Shown here in pieces: positions 11,697 through 22,933 of a stretch of 64,000 bases of DNA (its first letter is position 1; each line of letters begins with the position of its first letter). The translations under genes were made by a program, and so were the position numbers. Under the pieces are notes generated by a model. It worked only from the letters and a program-made list of their open reading frames with translations. It had not been told where the DNA came from and searched no databases. Source of the stretch: Piromyces finnis finn (Eukaryota > Fungi > Neocallimastigomycota); NCBI GenBank assembly GCA_002104945.1, contig MCFH01000046.1, positions 124,001 to 188,000 on the forward strand, in the 5' to 3' direction.

Positions 11697-14600
11697 TTAA
11701 ACATAATCAATATTTAAAGATTCCTTGTATTGCTTAACAATACCTTCGTTAGAATTTTCATTACCAGTAAATCTAGTAAGTTTTTTATCAGCACAAATCC
11801 AAACTTCATTACAAACAGCATCCAAGAATTTTTCGTCGTGAGATACTACTAAAACACCACCCTTGAAATCCTTAAGTGATAGTGTTAAAGCATCAATAGT
11901 ATCCATATCAAGATGACTTTGTTATAAAATATAATATTAATAATTAATAAATAAAAATTTTATTTATATATACTATATACTTACTTTGCTATTGGATATA
12001 TAATTATTTATGAATTTTATTATGAAAAAAAAAAGTTATATATTAATTTATAATATTTAAAAAAAATATATATATATATTCTAAAAACTTACTAGGCTAA
12101 TATATTTATAATTGAATAAACAATGATAGTTTATAGTTTTAAAAAATAAATTAAAAAATACATTAATATACTATTATTTCATCATTTTTGTTTTTGTAAT
12201 TATGATAATTATAGAAAAATAAAAAAAGAAAAAAAAAGAAATTACTTCATCAAGAACTAAAACATGAGGATGTGACATAGCAATCATAGTAAATACGACA
12301 CGAGATTTTTGACCTCCGGAAAGTGTACCAATAACTTGAAGACCAGTTTGACCAGTGATACCGAATCTACCTAGTTGTCTTCTATATTCTTCTTCAGTTT
12401 GTCCTGGGAACTTAGAAGCCAAAAGTTGAACACAAGTCATATTTAAATCTAATTGATCAACATGGAATTGATTGAAGTGACCAATCTTTAATCTATTTTT
12501 AAATATAATGTTAATTTTTATAATTAATTAATTTATGCATAATTGATATTGCTATTATTAAAATTTTTTCATTAAATAACTATTTCTATAATAAATTAAA
12601 AATATATCTTTTTTATACCTTCCGTTACTTCTAACAATACCAGAGTTTGGTTGATTGTAACCAAGCAAAAGATTAATTAAAGTTGTTTTACCAGCACCAT
12701 TTGGACCAACAACAGCAATCTTTGAATCCATTTGAAGATCAAAACCAACATTTTCTAAAATAATTTTTTCAGGAACATAACCTTATTGTTTTTAATTAAA
12801 AAAAAAAAACATATATAATTTAGAACTTGTAAATACATTGGTAAAATTATTTATTTTTTACTGTATTATACCAAATGATACGTCTTCCATTTGCATAATT
12901 GGTGGAGTTACACGTTCTGGTTCACCAAATTTGAAGTAAACCATTCTTTCATTTTCACCAAGACCTTCCATTTCGTCTTTTGGTGGTGCTAATTCATTTT
13001 AAAATAACAATATTTTATTAATATAATTAATATAATATATTTAATTATTATGTATAATTACGTTCAAGTGGTGGTAACTTTTCTAAAATTTTTAATTTAG
13101 ATTGTGCTTGAGGAGCACGCTTAGCATTATATCTCCAACGATCAATGAAGGCTTGTAAATGTTGACGGTATTGTAACTATATTAAGTAATATAGATTAAC
13201 GTAAAATAATTATGAATTAATTATCATTAAAATAAGATATTTGTAAATTCATTAATAAATTAATATATTATTTTTATTAATTTACTTGAGCTTCATATTC
13301 TCTAATTTGGTTTCTTCTACGTTCATTCTTGGTAGCTGAGAAAGTAGAGAAATTACCACGATAAGATTCTAAAGAATAATTATGTAAGTGAATAATATCT
13401 GTAGTAACATTATCGAGGAAAGCGCGATCGTGGGAAACAACACATAATGTGGATCTTAAATCATTTTTAATATAATTTTCTAACCAAACAACTGCAGGGA
13501 AATCTAACTATTTATATTTTTAAACCAACATAAATAATTGAAATAAAAATATATTATATATTAATTGAAATAATATTAATCATCATAATTAAACATAAAA
13601 CAATTACCATATTAGTAGGTTCATCAAGTAATAAAATATCTGGTCTTGAAAATAATGCTTGTGCTAATGATAATCTCATTCTCCAACCACCAGAAAATGA
13701 CTTGGTTGGTAATTTTTGTGAATCTTGTGAGAAACCTAAACCAGAAAGAATAGTAGAAGCACTAAGATAATATTAAATATATTATTTAAAAAAGAAGAGT
13801 TAATAAAAATTGATAATATTATACTCATTTCGTATGCTTATTTATTAAAGAATTAAAAAAATATTCTAATAATACCGAGTTTCGGCAGTGTCAGCTTCTA
13901 TTTCTTCTAATTTTTGATAAATATTCTTTAATCTTACTGTTAATTTTGATTCATCTTCATTATTCTTTGCTTCTAATTTTTGAAGAATTTCCTTTTCTTC
14001 CTTGATTAATTCTGTTCTAACCTTATCACATTCCAATACAGATTGAAGAGCTGGAGTATCATCACCTTGAATCTTTTAGAATTAGCATTATTTTTGAATT
14101 TATTATTTTTTTTACATTTTTTTTAAAAAATTATATTATGGAAAAATAATTATAAAATATTAATTTGTTAGATGTTAAAAACTCATTAGATTATTAAATG
14201 TACATTTTTATATAAAATAATAAAATAATAATAGTTTACTTCTTGTTCAACATTGAAAATAGTTAAGTGTTCTGGGTATTTTAATTCTCTCCAAGCAATA
14301 GCTCTTAATAAGGTTGACTTACCGACACCTTTTTATTAAATACATTTTTTATAAAAATTTAATAACATTTTACAAAATAGAATAGAAATTGAAATTAATA
14401 ATATTTCTAAATTTACCATTCTTTCCAACTAAACCATATCTACGACCAGAAGAAAGGGTTAAATCGGCATTCATTAAAATACATTTACTACCATAGTGAA
14501 TATCAAAGTTTTCAATAATAAGATCTTTAGTTTTTTGATCTGCTGTATTAACTGGCATTTGATTAACAATGATTTCTGGTGGTTTAGATGGATCATATAC

Positions 14601-15624
14601 AGGTAAATCTTTTTCTAATAAACGTTGTTCTCTCTTTGCTAATTTCTTCTTTAATTGTTTTTCTTGTTCCTTTAATTTCTTTTCATCAATAGCATTTGGA
14701 CCACGGTTTGAATTCAACCAACGAATATCACTAACTTTAGTACTGAATATATCATTTGAATTAATAGTATTAGCATTCATTTGAACTGGTGCATTAAGAA
14801 TCTTTAAATCTGTGTTCTTCTTTTTTTTATCAAATACTAAATCTGATAAATTTTTACAAATATCATCAACTTCATCCTCTTCGATATAATCTAATAAAAG
14901 TGGGCCAGCAAAGTCTTTTAAAGCTTCTTCTGTTTGTTCATCAGCAGAAGGATTTTCAAAGTAACTATTATTAAATATTATAATATTTTTAATAATGTAA
15001 AAATATTTATTATATTTTATTAATATTTATTTTCATAAAAATTACAGTAATGATAATTACAATAAAATAGTTTCATCATTAAAAAATCATATTATTTACA
15101 AATATTTTTAAAAATTATTTTTATAAAATATTTGACTTTATATTCATATTTTATTTATTATTATAATCATAAAGCATTATTGATTTCATTAAATTATTTT
15201 GTTGCTCTAAATTATTTCTTGCTTTATTAAATAAAAAATACAATAATAAAATAATAATAAATTGTTATTACTATATTACAGAATGAAACTATAAATCTCT
15301 ACTAAGTGTCCATATTTAAAAATGTTTAATGTTTTACTTTCTACATATCCAATTTTTATTACTGAAAAAAATAAATGTAATATATATTAAATATGTATTC
15401 TGAATTGTATTTTATCCCATTTAAAATTTTGTATTATTATATTGATTTAATTATTTTTATCAAACATTTTAATTAATTTAAAAGAATTAATTTCACTACA
15501 CAATTATTTATAAAAAAAAAAAAAAAATCTAATACCTAAGGATGTATTCGTAAGTAGTTTCATCGACACCCTTGTCCTTTAATTTTTCACTTAAATATTC
15601 TGTAACTTTTTCTAACTTGGACAT
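11697..15624 (-). CDS. GCN20: ABCF-family translation factor GCN20/ABCF3 (two soluble ABC domains); multi-exon
   Basis: N-terminus is [32 protein letters not shown]1 has RRYGLVGKN|GVGKSTLL and [19 protein letters not shown]2 has [23 protein letters not shown] and VLVVSHD. No transmembrane domains. Confidence 0.92.
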
Positions 15625-16670
15625 TTTCCCTTTATTTCCAATAATATTTATATTTATTATATATTTTTCGTATTAATTGCTCTATTCAAAAACAATCTTT
15701 TCAATAAATCAATCAATAGAAAAATAATAATGTATGGATTGTAAAATAAAAAATATTTTTTTTTAAATTGTTTTTAATTTTAATAAACTATATTTCATAA
15801 CAAATAAAATTAATTTGATTTTGAAAAATTAACCAATATTATTGATTTTATATTTTTTTTTATAAACATCTCTAATAATTAAAAGTAATAAATATCACTA
15901 AAAATAAATGAATGAATAATATAAAAATAAATAAATTATTAAAATACCATTCTTTAACATATTATTGTATAAATAAATGAATAAATAATATACTTTTAAA
16001 TAAATAACTAGGACTCTGAAAGTATGATATATATATTATTATATAATAGTACTATTTCAAATAAAACCATTTGTAATGTAACCATTTATATTATTTTTTA
16101 ACATAATTATAAAAACATAATATTTAAATTAACATTATTCAAATCTTGATATGTTATATAAATTTATTAATACTACTGTAATAATATATGTGTTACAAAT
16201 CACCAGTTATTATTTAAACTTTTTTTATATAAATATAATAATTTTTTTTAGCTAAATAAAATATATGAAATTATGAAATATCACATATATTAGGTTTAAG
16301 TACATCATATAGCATGTGTAAGAAATTCTTAAAGCTATAAGTATTTACTAATTATGAAACTTATTCTTAATGATTTACTCTTTTTTTTAAAAAAATTTTT
16401 TGTGGCAATTTAAAGTTAATCAATATTTCGGCATTGATTTATTTCAAAATATTATTTTATAATAAAAAAAAAAAACATATATATGAATAAAAAGTTTATT
16501 TAATAGTAATTTGATTTAAATTTTGATATCTTTATTAAAAGCTGTATATTGTAATGTATTAAACTATCCACTAAAAAGCAAATAAATAATTCATTTATTT
16601 ATTATAAAAAATTTATATATTTTTTTTATAATATTTCTTACTTTTTAAAATAAATAATAAATTATAAGAA

Positions 16671-17474
16671 ATGTCTTTTTTACAAAATTTAAAAAACAAG
16701 ATAAATAAATACGTTCCAGAAAAGGAAAGAAAGGCTTATCCAAATCTTCTTTATATTTCTGCCCTTGGTGTTACTGTAAATTCAATTATTAAAATCTTTA
16801 TTTTCTTTTTTCTTTTTTTTTTTTTTAAAAAATTTTAATAAAATATTTGTTGTAATTCATTTACATTTTTTATACCATAATAAAAAATTAATTTTAATTT
16901 TTAATTATAAATAAATATTAAAATAATATAAAAAATAATTGGTTTAATTCCTTTGAAATGTTAATAATAAAATATATAATTGTATTGTAAATAGGGTTCA
17001 ATAATTTCCAGAAAAAGCAATGCTTTTGTCAGAACTGTAACTCCAATTAGTTTAATGCTTGCAGGTACTTATGTCTGGTATCCACAAACTTCTAAGAATG
17101 TATATTTATCAATTAATAACAGAATGAAAACCATGATTCAAAATGATAAATTAAAAAATACTCTTAGTCAATCAAAGAACCTTGTTGAAGGTAAAATTGA
17201 TACTGCAGCTAAAACTTTCAAGGCTACAGCCAATGAAGTTAAAGGAAGAGTTAATAAGGTTCAAAAGGAAGCTAAGAAGGAATTAAAAAAGGTTCAAAAT
17301 GGTGTTGAAAAGATTCAAAAAGATGCCGAAAAAGTTCAAAAGAGTATTAAAGACAAGGTTGAAGAAACCTCAAAACAAATAAAGGAAGTTAAAGAAACTT
17401 CTAAGCAAGTTAAGAATGAAATCGAAAAGACTCAAAAAGATCTTAATGAAAAAATTGAAAAGGCAAAAAACTAA
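16671..17474 (+). CDS. MICOS subunit Mic26/Mic27 (apolipoprotein O family)-like protein; two exons (16671-16775, 16995-17474)
   Basis: The phase-0 GT-AG intron gives VPEKERKAYPNLLYISALGVT-GSIISRKSNAFVRTVTPISLMLAGTYVWYPQTSKNV. This matches the two-TM core of fungal Mic26/27 (LPGAIYVLVAAMAGSIVSRNRNILLRATTPLALG...LPVTMRN). A K/E amphipathic coiled tail follows. Confidence 0.65.
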
Positions 17475-17891
17475 ATAATTATATTTTAAAAGATATAACA
17501 CAATTAAATATTATTAAGTATAAAAATTAATTTTCACATAAATTTGTCGCTAAGTGTAAATAAATTTTAAATGATAAAAAAAAACTAATTTAACTAAGAA
17601 GAATAAATAATAATTCTTATATAATATTATGAGATAGATTCCTTATATTTCATAGTTAATGAATATTATATGAATAAGACTGTTTTTCATTTGTAACATA
17701 CTTAATAGAAAATATATAATAAATGAATAAATATAATAGTTATAACAATAAAAATAAGCTAATAACAAAATAAGAAACTAAATTTTTATCAAAGAAATAA
17801 ATTTAAGACGAAAATAATATTTCAATAATATCTCTATTTTTAGATTATTTAATATTAATATTTATGTCAAAAAAAATTAAAATATTACAAT

Positions 17892-17923
<32 letters not shown>

Positions 17924-18435
17924 AATTAAAAAATAATTAAAAAGTATTTTTTTTATTTTTATAATTTCTTTAATTTTTTATTTTTTTATTTTTATTTTAT
18001 GATATTGAATATAATTTTCAATACAATTAAAAAATATAGAAAATATTTTTATGATTAGAATTTATCAAGAGACAAAATTATAAGCGCATTTACTTATTAT
18101 TTTTCTATTATTAAATCAATAACATAAAATAAGAATATTTCGAAAAAACTTCGACACTTAAAAAGTTTTTTCCAATTAAAAAGATTAATTATAGTAAAAA
18201 TAATTTTTTAAAACTTTTTATATTCTTTTCTAAAAAATATATATACTTCAATTTTTTTGAATTATTTTTAATAATTTATTAATTTCTATTGTGAATAATT
18301 TTCTATTTGTTTTTATTATATATTATATAAAAGATTTTCACCCATTTTCTTTATTTCTAAGTATTTTATCCCCGATATATGAAACAACATCTTGTGATTA
18401 AATAATAAATATTAATATATTATCTAAGCATATTT

Positions 18436-21225
18436 TTATAGATTGGTATCTGAAAAATTAGAACTAAGAGATGTAGTTATATTATCACTTGATAAAATAA
18501 TATCATTTGAAGGAACTTGATTATATATTAGATTATTATTATCAGAGGAATAATCAATGTTAACTATACAACCTGGATAAAGTTTTCCTTTAATCTTTAA
18601 ATAACTAAGACGAGTAACAATATGCTTTTCTAAGTATCTTCTTATTGGTCTAGCACCATACGCTGGATCATAGGCTTCACTTAATATAAAGTCTTGTGCT
18701 CCTTCAGTAATATTGATTGTCATTTTTAGTAATCCTTGATTAGCAATACGCTTTTCAATATTCTTTATTTGATTGGTAATGATTGTTCTTAATTCCTTTT
18801 TGGAGAGTGGATGGAATAGAATAATATCATCTAAACGGTTAATAAGTTCTGGTTTTAAAGTTTGACGAACTTCTTCCATAACAAGATCTCTGGTATTCTT
18901 ATCAATATCAGTTCTATTATTAATAGCAAGTGTTTGTAATGGACGGTAGCCAAGATTACTTGTCATGATAATAACAGTGTTTGAGAAATCAACAGTTCTT
19001 CCCTTTCCGTCAGTTAAGACTCCGTCGTCTAAAACTTGTAATAGAATGTTGATGACTTCTGGATGTGCCTTTTCAACTTCATCAAAAAGAACAATGGAGT
19101 ATGGTCTTCTTCTGACTGCTTCGGTAAGTTGGCCACTCTCTTCATAGCCAACATAACCTGGTGGTGCACCAATTAATCTAGAGACACTGTGCTTTTCCAT
19201 GTATTCAGTCATATCAATACGAACAATATACTTTTCATCATCAAACAATTCACAAGCTAAAGCCTTGGCTAGTTCTGTCTTACCAACACCTGTTGGACCT
19301 AAGAATAGGAAGGAACCAGCAGGTGCCTTTTCGCGAGCTAATCCAGCTCTGCTTCTTAAAATAGCTTCTGCCACTAATTCAACGGCTTCATCCTGACCAA
19401 TGATTCTGTTGTGGAGATGTTCTGCTAAGTTTAAGAAACGCTCAGCTTCACCTTGAGATAAACGTTGGACCGGAATACCTGTCCACTTGGAAACAATATC
19501 CGCTATTTCGTTTGCTCCAATGATTTCTTTTAATAATCTTTCGTTTTGTTCCTTTGGTACCTTTGGCTTTTCTCCACTTTGATTGTTATCGAAAAATTCA
19601 TTATTATTACCTATCATCTTGCCATTATTAAAATTATCATCTTCTTCTTCAATCATCTCATCAAGTTCCTTTTCTCTCTTTGCTTCTAATTCCTTCAACC
19701 GATTTTCAACTTCTGGTAAGGCATAGTACTTCAAATCAGCTGCTAAAGCTAAATCGTGTTTACGCTCTGCATCTGCAATCTTATTACGAATTTCATCAAG
19801 TTTCTTGTTCATGGTACCAATTTCATCGATACGTTTCTTTTCATTTTTGTATTGCTCCATTAAAGGTTTAAGTTTTTCATTTAATTGGCAAATTTCTTCT
19901 TCAACCTTTTGTAATCTATCTTTTGCAATCTGACTTTTCTCTCCAGATAATGCTGTTTTTTCAATTTCAAGCTGTAGTTTTTTTCTTTCTAAAATATCAA
20001 TTTGTTCTGGTTGTGATTCTAATTGAACCTTTGCGTAAGCACAGGCTTCATCAATCAAATCAATAGCTTTATCTGGTAAGAAACGATTAGTAATATAACG
20101 ATTAGAAAGATAGGCTGCTTGAACTAAGGCACTATCTAAAATTTTAACACCCGCATATGCTTCGAATTTTTCTTTTAAACCTCTTAAGATAGTAATGGTA
20201 TCTTGGACACTTGGCTCACCGACATAAACTTGTTGGAAACGACGTTCAAAAGCTGCGTCCTTTTCAACATATTCACGATATTCTGCAAGAGTAGTAGCAC
20301 CAATGCATCTAAGCTCTCCTCTAGCTAACATTGGCTTTAATAAATTTGCAGCATCCATTGATCCACTGGTTTTTCCAGCTCCGAGAACTAAATGAATTTC
20401 ATCAATAAATAAAACAATAGGTTCTTCGGAAGTAGTGACTTCATTAAGAACTGCCTTTAATCTTTTCTCAAAGTCACCACGATAGGCACTACCGGCAACC
20501 AAAGCACCCATATCCAAAGAATATAATCTACACTTCAGATTTGCTGGAATATCGTTTGCAACAATTCTTTGTGCTAATCCTTCAATAATAGCTGTTTTAC
20601 CAACACCCGGTTCACCAATTAAGCAGGGGTTGTTCTTCTTTCTACATGTTAATACACGAATAACTCTTCTGATTTCATCATCACGGCCAATAACTGGATC
20701 AAATTTACCTTGTTCTGCTAAAGCAGTCATATCAATAGCATATTTATTCAAAGCATCAAAAGTGTCTTCAGCGTTTTTACTATCAGCGGTGCTATTTCCT
20801 CTAATTTTCTTAATTTGCTCTTTAACATTATTAACGTCAATACCAGAACTTTTGAGAATAGAAGAAATTTCTGTAGATTCAATTAAAGCAATAATAAGTG
20901 AATACACAGTACAGAATTTATCTTTATTTTTGGAACTGATTTTTTGGGCATTTTGAATGATTGTGTAGGTTGCCTTACTAAAGTTGACTTCTATTGGTGG
21001 TGGATTTTGGACTGGAAGTTGAACAATTTTTCTTTTGATAGCACATTCAACTGTTAAAGAATCGCCACCGCTTTTAGTAATTGCTTTCTTTAACATACTA
21101 TCTTCATCATCTATAAGAGCTATAAACATATGCCATGGTTGAATTTCTATATGGCTATTTTCTTGAGCTAATTCTTTTGATTTTAAAATAATGTTTTCTG
21201 CCATATTAGAATACCTTGAGCTCAT
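18436..21225 (-). CDS. HSP104: Hsp104/Hsp101 (ClpB-type) AAA+ disaggregase, copy A; intronless, 929 aa
   Basis: Clp N-domain, Walker A GEPGVGKT and GPTGVGKT, Walker B LFIDEIH and LFDEVEK, pore loops AYRG and GYVG, M-domain [10 protein letters not shown], and YGARPIRR. No organellar presequence. Confidence 0.95.
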   Translation of the reverse strand: MSSRYSNMAENIILKSKELAQENSHIEIQPWHMFIALIDDEDSMLKKAITKSGGDSLTVECAIKRKIVQLPVQNPPPIEVNFSKATYTIIQNAQKISSKNKDKFCTVYSLIIALIESTEISSILKSSGIDVNNVKEQIKKIRGNSTADSKNAEDTFDALNKYAIDMTALAEQGKFDPVIGRDDEIRRVIRVLTCRKKNNPCLIGEPGVGKTAIIEGLAQRIVANDIPANLKCRLYSLDMGALVAGSAYRGDFEKRLKAVLNEVTTSEEPIVLFIDEIHLVLGAGKTSGSMDAANLLKPMLARGELRCIGATTLAEYREYVEKDAAFERRFQQVYVGEPSVQDTITILRGLKEKFEAYAGVKILDSALVQAAYLSNRYITNRFLPDKAIDLIDEACAYAKVQLESQPEQIDILERKKLQLEIEKTALSGEKSQIAKDRLQKVEEEICQLNEKLKPLMEQYKNEKKRIDEIGTMNKKLDEIRNKIADAERKHDLALAADLKYYALPEVENRLKELEAKREKELDEMIEEEDDNFNNGKMIGNNNEFFDNNQSGEKPKVPKEQNERLLKEIIGANEIADIVSKWTGIPVQRLSQGEAERFLNLAEHLHNRIIGQDEAVELVAEAILRSRAGLAREKAPAGSFLFLGPTGVGKTELAKALACELFDDEKYIVRIDMTEYMEKHSVSRLIGAPPGYVGYEESGQLTEAVRRRPYSIVLFDEVEKAHPEVINILLQVLDDGVLTDGKGRTVDFSNTVIIMTSNLGYRPLQTLAINNRTDIDKNTRDLVMEEVRQTLKPELINRLDDIILFHPLSKKELRTIITNQIKNIEKRIANQGLLKMTINITEGAQDFILSEAYDPAYGARPIRRYLEKHIVTRLSYLKIKGKLYPGCIVNIDYSSDNNNLIYNQVPSNDIILSSDNITTSLSSNFSDTNL
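18548..21199 (-). repeat. Left arm of a 2652-bp inverted repeat (partner at 48051-50702)
   Basis: The reverse complement matches 48051-50702 from AGAAAACATT to GATTATTC, and both arms are 2652 bp. I found four substitutions by eye; a full alignment is needed for the exact count. Confidence 0.92.
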
Positions 21226-22933
21226 TTAATATGTTTTATTATTTTTACTGATTATTTATTTTATAATAAATTAATGTTTTATTAATTTTATATAATAAAA
21301 AGAAGAGTTCTTTTACTTTAGTCCACATTTTAAACTAAAAAATGTTATAAAAATTAATCATTTTAAAACTAATTTTTTGGAAAATTATTTAATTATTATA
21401 ATATATTAAATAAATATATTATTAATATATTTATTTATATTAAAATTAATTTAAATTAATAAAAACTTTAGAAATATATTAAGTAAAATAATTGATTGAC
21501 TACTTTTTATATAAATACTTTATTACCACATTAATTTATAAATAAAAAATGGACTTTACATGACTAAAAATATTTATATCAAAAGTTAAAAAAATGAAAA
21601 AAGAAACATCCTTATTTTTATAATATGAACAATAATAATAATAATAGTAGTAGTAGTGGTAGTAGCAGTTGTTGTTGTTATTGTAAAAATAGTAAAAGTT
21701 GTAAAAATAATAGTAAAAATAATAAAATTTAACAAGAATTGATATACTTTGTGGAAAAAGTTATTTATATTATATATTGTTTATTACATATGAAAAATAT
21801 ATATGTATATTTTTTGGACTATTCTCTAAAATGTAAATGATATTATAAAATTTTTTCAAATGAAAAAAAAATAATAATAATAATAAACAACTAATAGTAT
21901 TAAATAAAAATCAATATCAAGTTTATAATTCTTATACAATTTATTAAATAGTATATTATAATATTTACATTTAACTAGTAAAAAATTCAATACATAAAAA
22001 GAAATAATAACAAATATTTAATAGTTTTTATTTTTTATTTTTATCATTTAAAGTGAATTCTAATAAGTTGATCGAAGTATTAATAAATTAATAAATTATA
22101 AAAGATTTATAAGATTAAAATATATTATTAAAATTAACATTAAAATAAATATAATTAGTAATGAATATAATGAAAAAGTGTATTTATAATAAATTATATG
22201 ATTAAAAAAAAAAAAAAAAAAAAAAAAGCAATTATAATAATCCAAGGTGCTTTTTTATTATTAAATTGCTGCTTTCAATAATAATTTTAATAGTTTTTAT
22301 AATTAAATTTGTTTTACGTGTTTAATAGAATTCAAATATGTAATTATTATATATGATAATAAAAGTTTTATATAGTGTGAAGGGTAGATATTTAAAATAT
22401 TAATATCATTCCATTTATATAAAATTTATATAAAAGAAAATAATGTGGAGAAAAATCATCATATTTATTGACATATAAGACAAAACAGTAATTATTATAA
22501 TTATAAAAAAGTTAATTCATAGAACTTTAATAATTATAAATTGGAAAAGTTAATTAAAAATAATTCAATTTGTTTTTATTAATTTAAAGTTCAGAAAAAA
22601 GAAATAATATGAAAAATTAAAAAAAAAAAAAAAAAAAGTAATATTAATTAATTACAATAAATTTTATTTTTTTCATATTAAAACTATTTTTGGTGAATAG
22701 TATTATTAAACTTTTCTTATTTCAATTAAAAAAATGAATTTATTTTAAAATATTATTTTTTTTTGTTTAGTCTCGTCTCATATTTGTAATAAATAAAAAA
22801 CTCAAGAATAATATATTATATATATATTTATTAACTAAGTTTACAAAATTAGAAATTACTTATTAGTATAATTACATTATTAAAACAAAATTATTTTTAT
22901 TCAGTAAAAATAATTTTTTTTTTAAAATAGAAA

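Noticed and set aside
17889-17915. Long poly(A)/poly(T) runs here and elsewhere (e.g. near 9946, 22203, 44373, 53474) as retro-insertion tails
   Set aside because: Unlike the 8868-8950 case, they have no distinct inserted body and no flanking target-site duplication, so they are ordinary homopolymers of an AT-rich genome.
18965-20956. Short opposite-strand ORFs within both Hsp104 copies (also at 48294-50285)
   Set aside because: They are antisense shadows of a GC-richer coding region and are identical in both copies only because the arms are near-identical.
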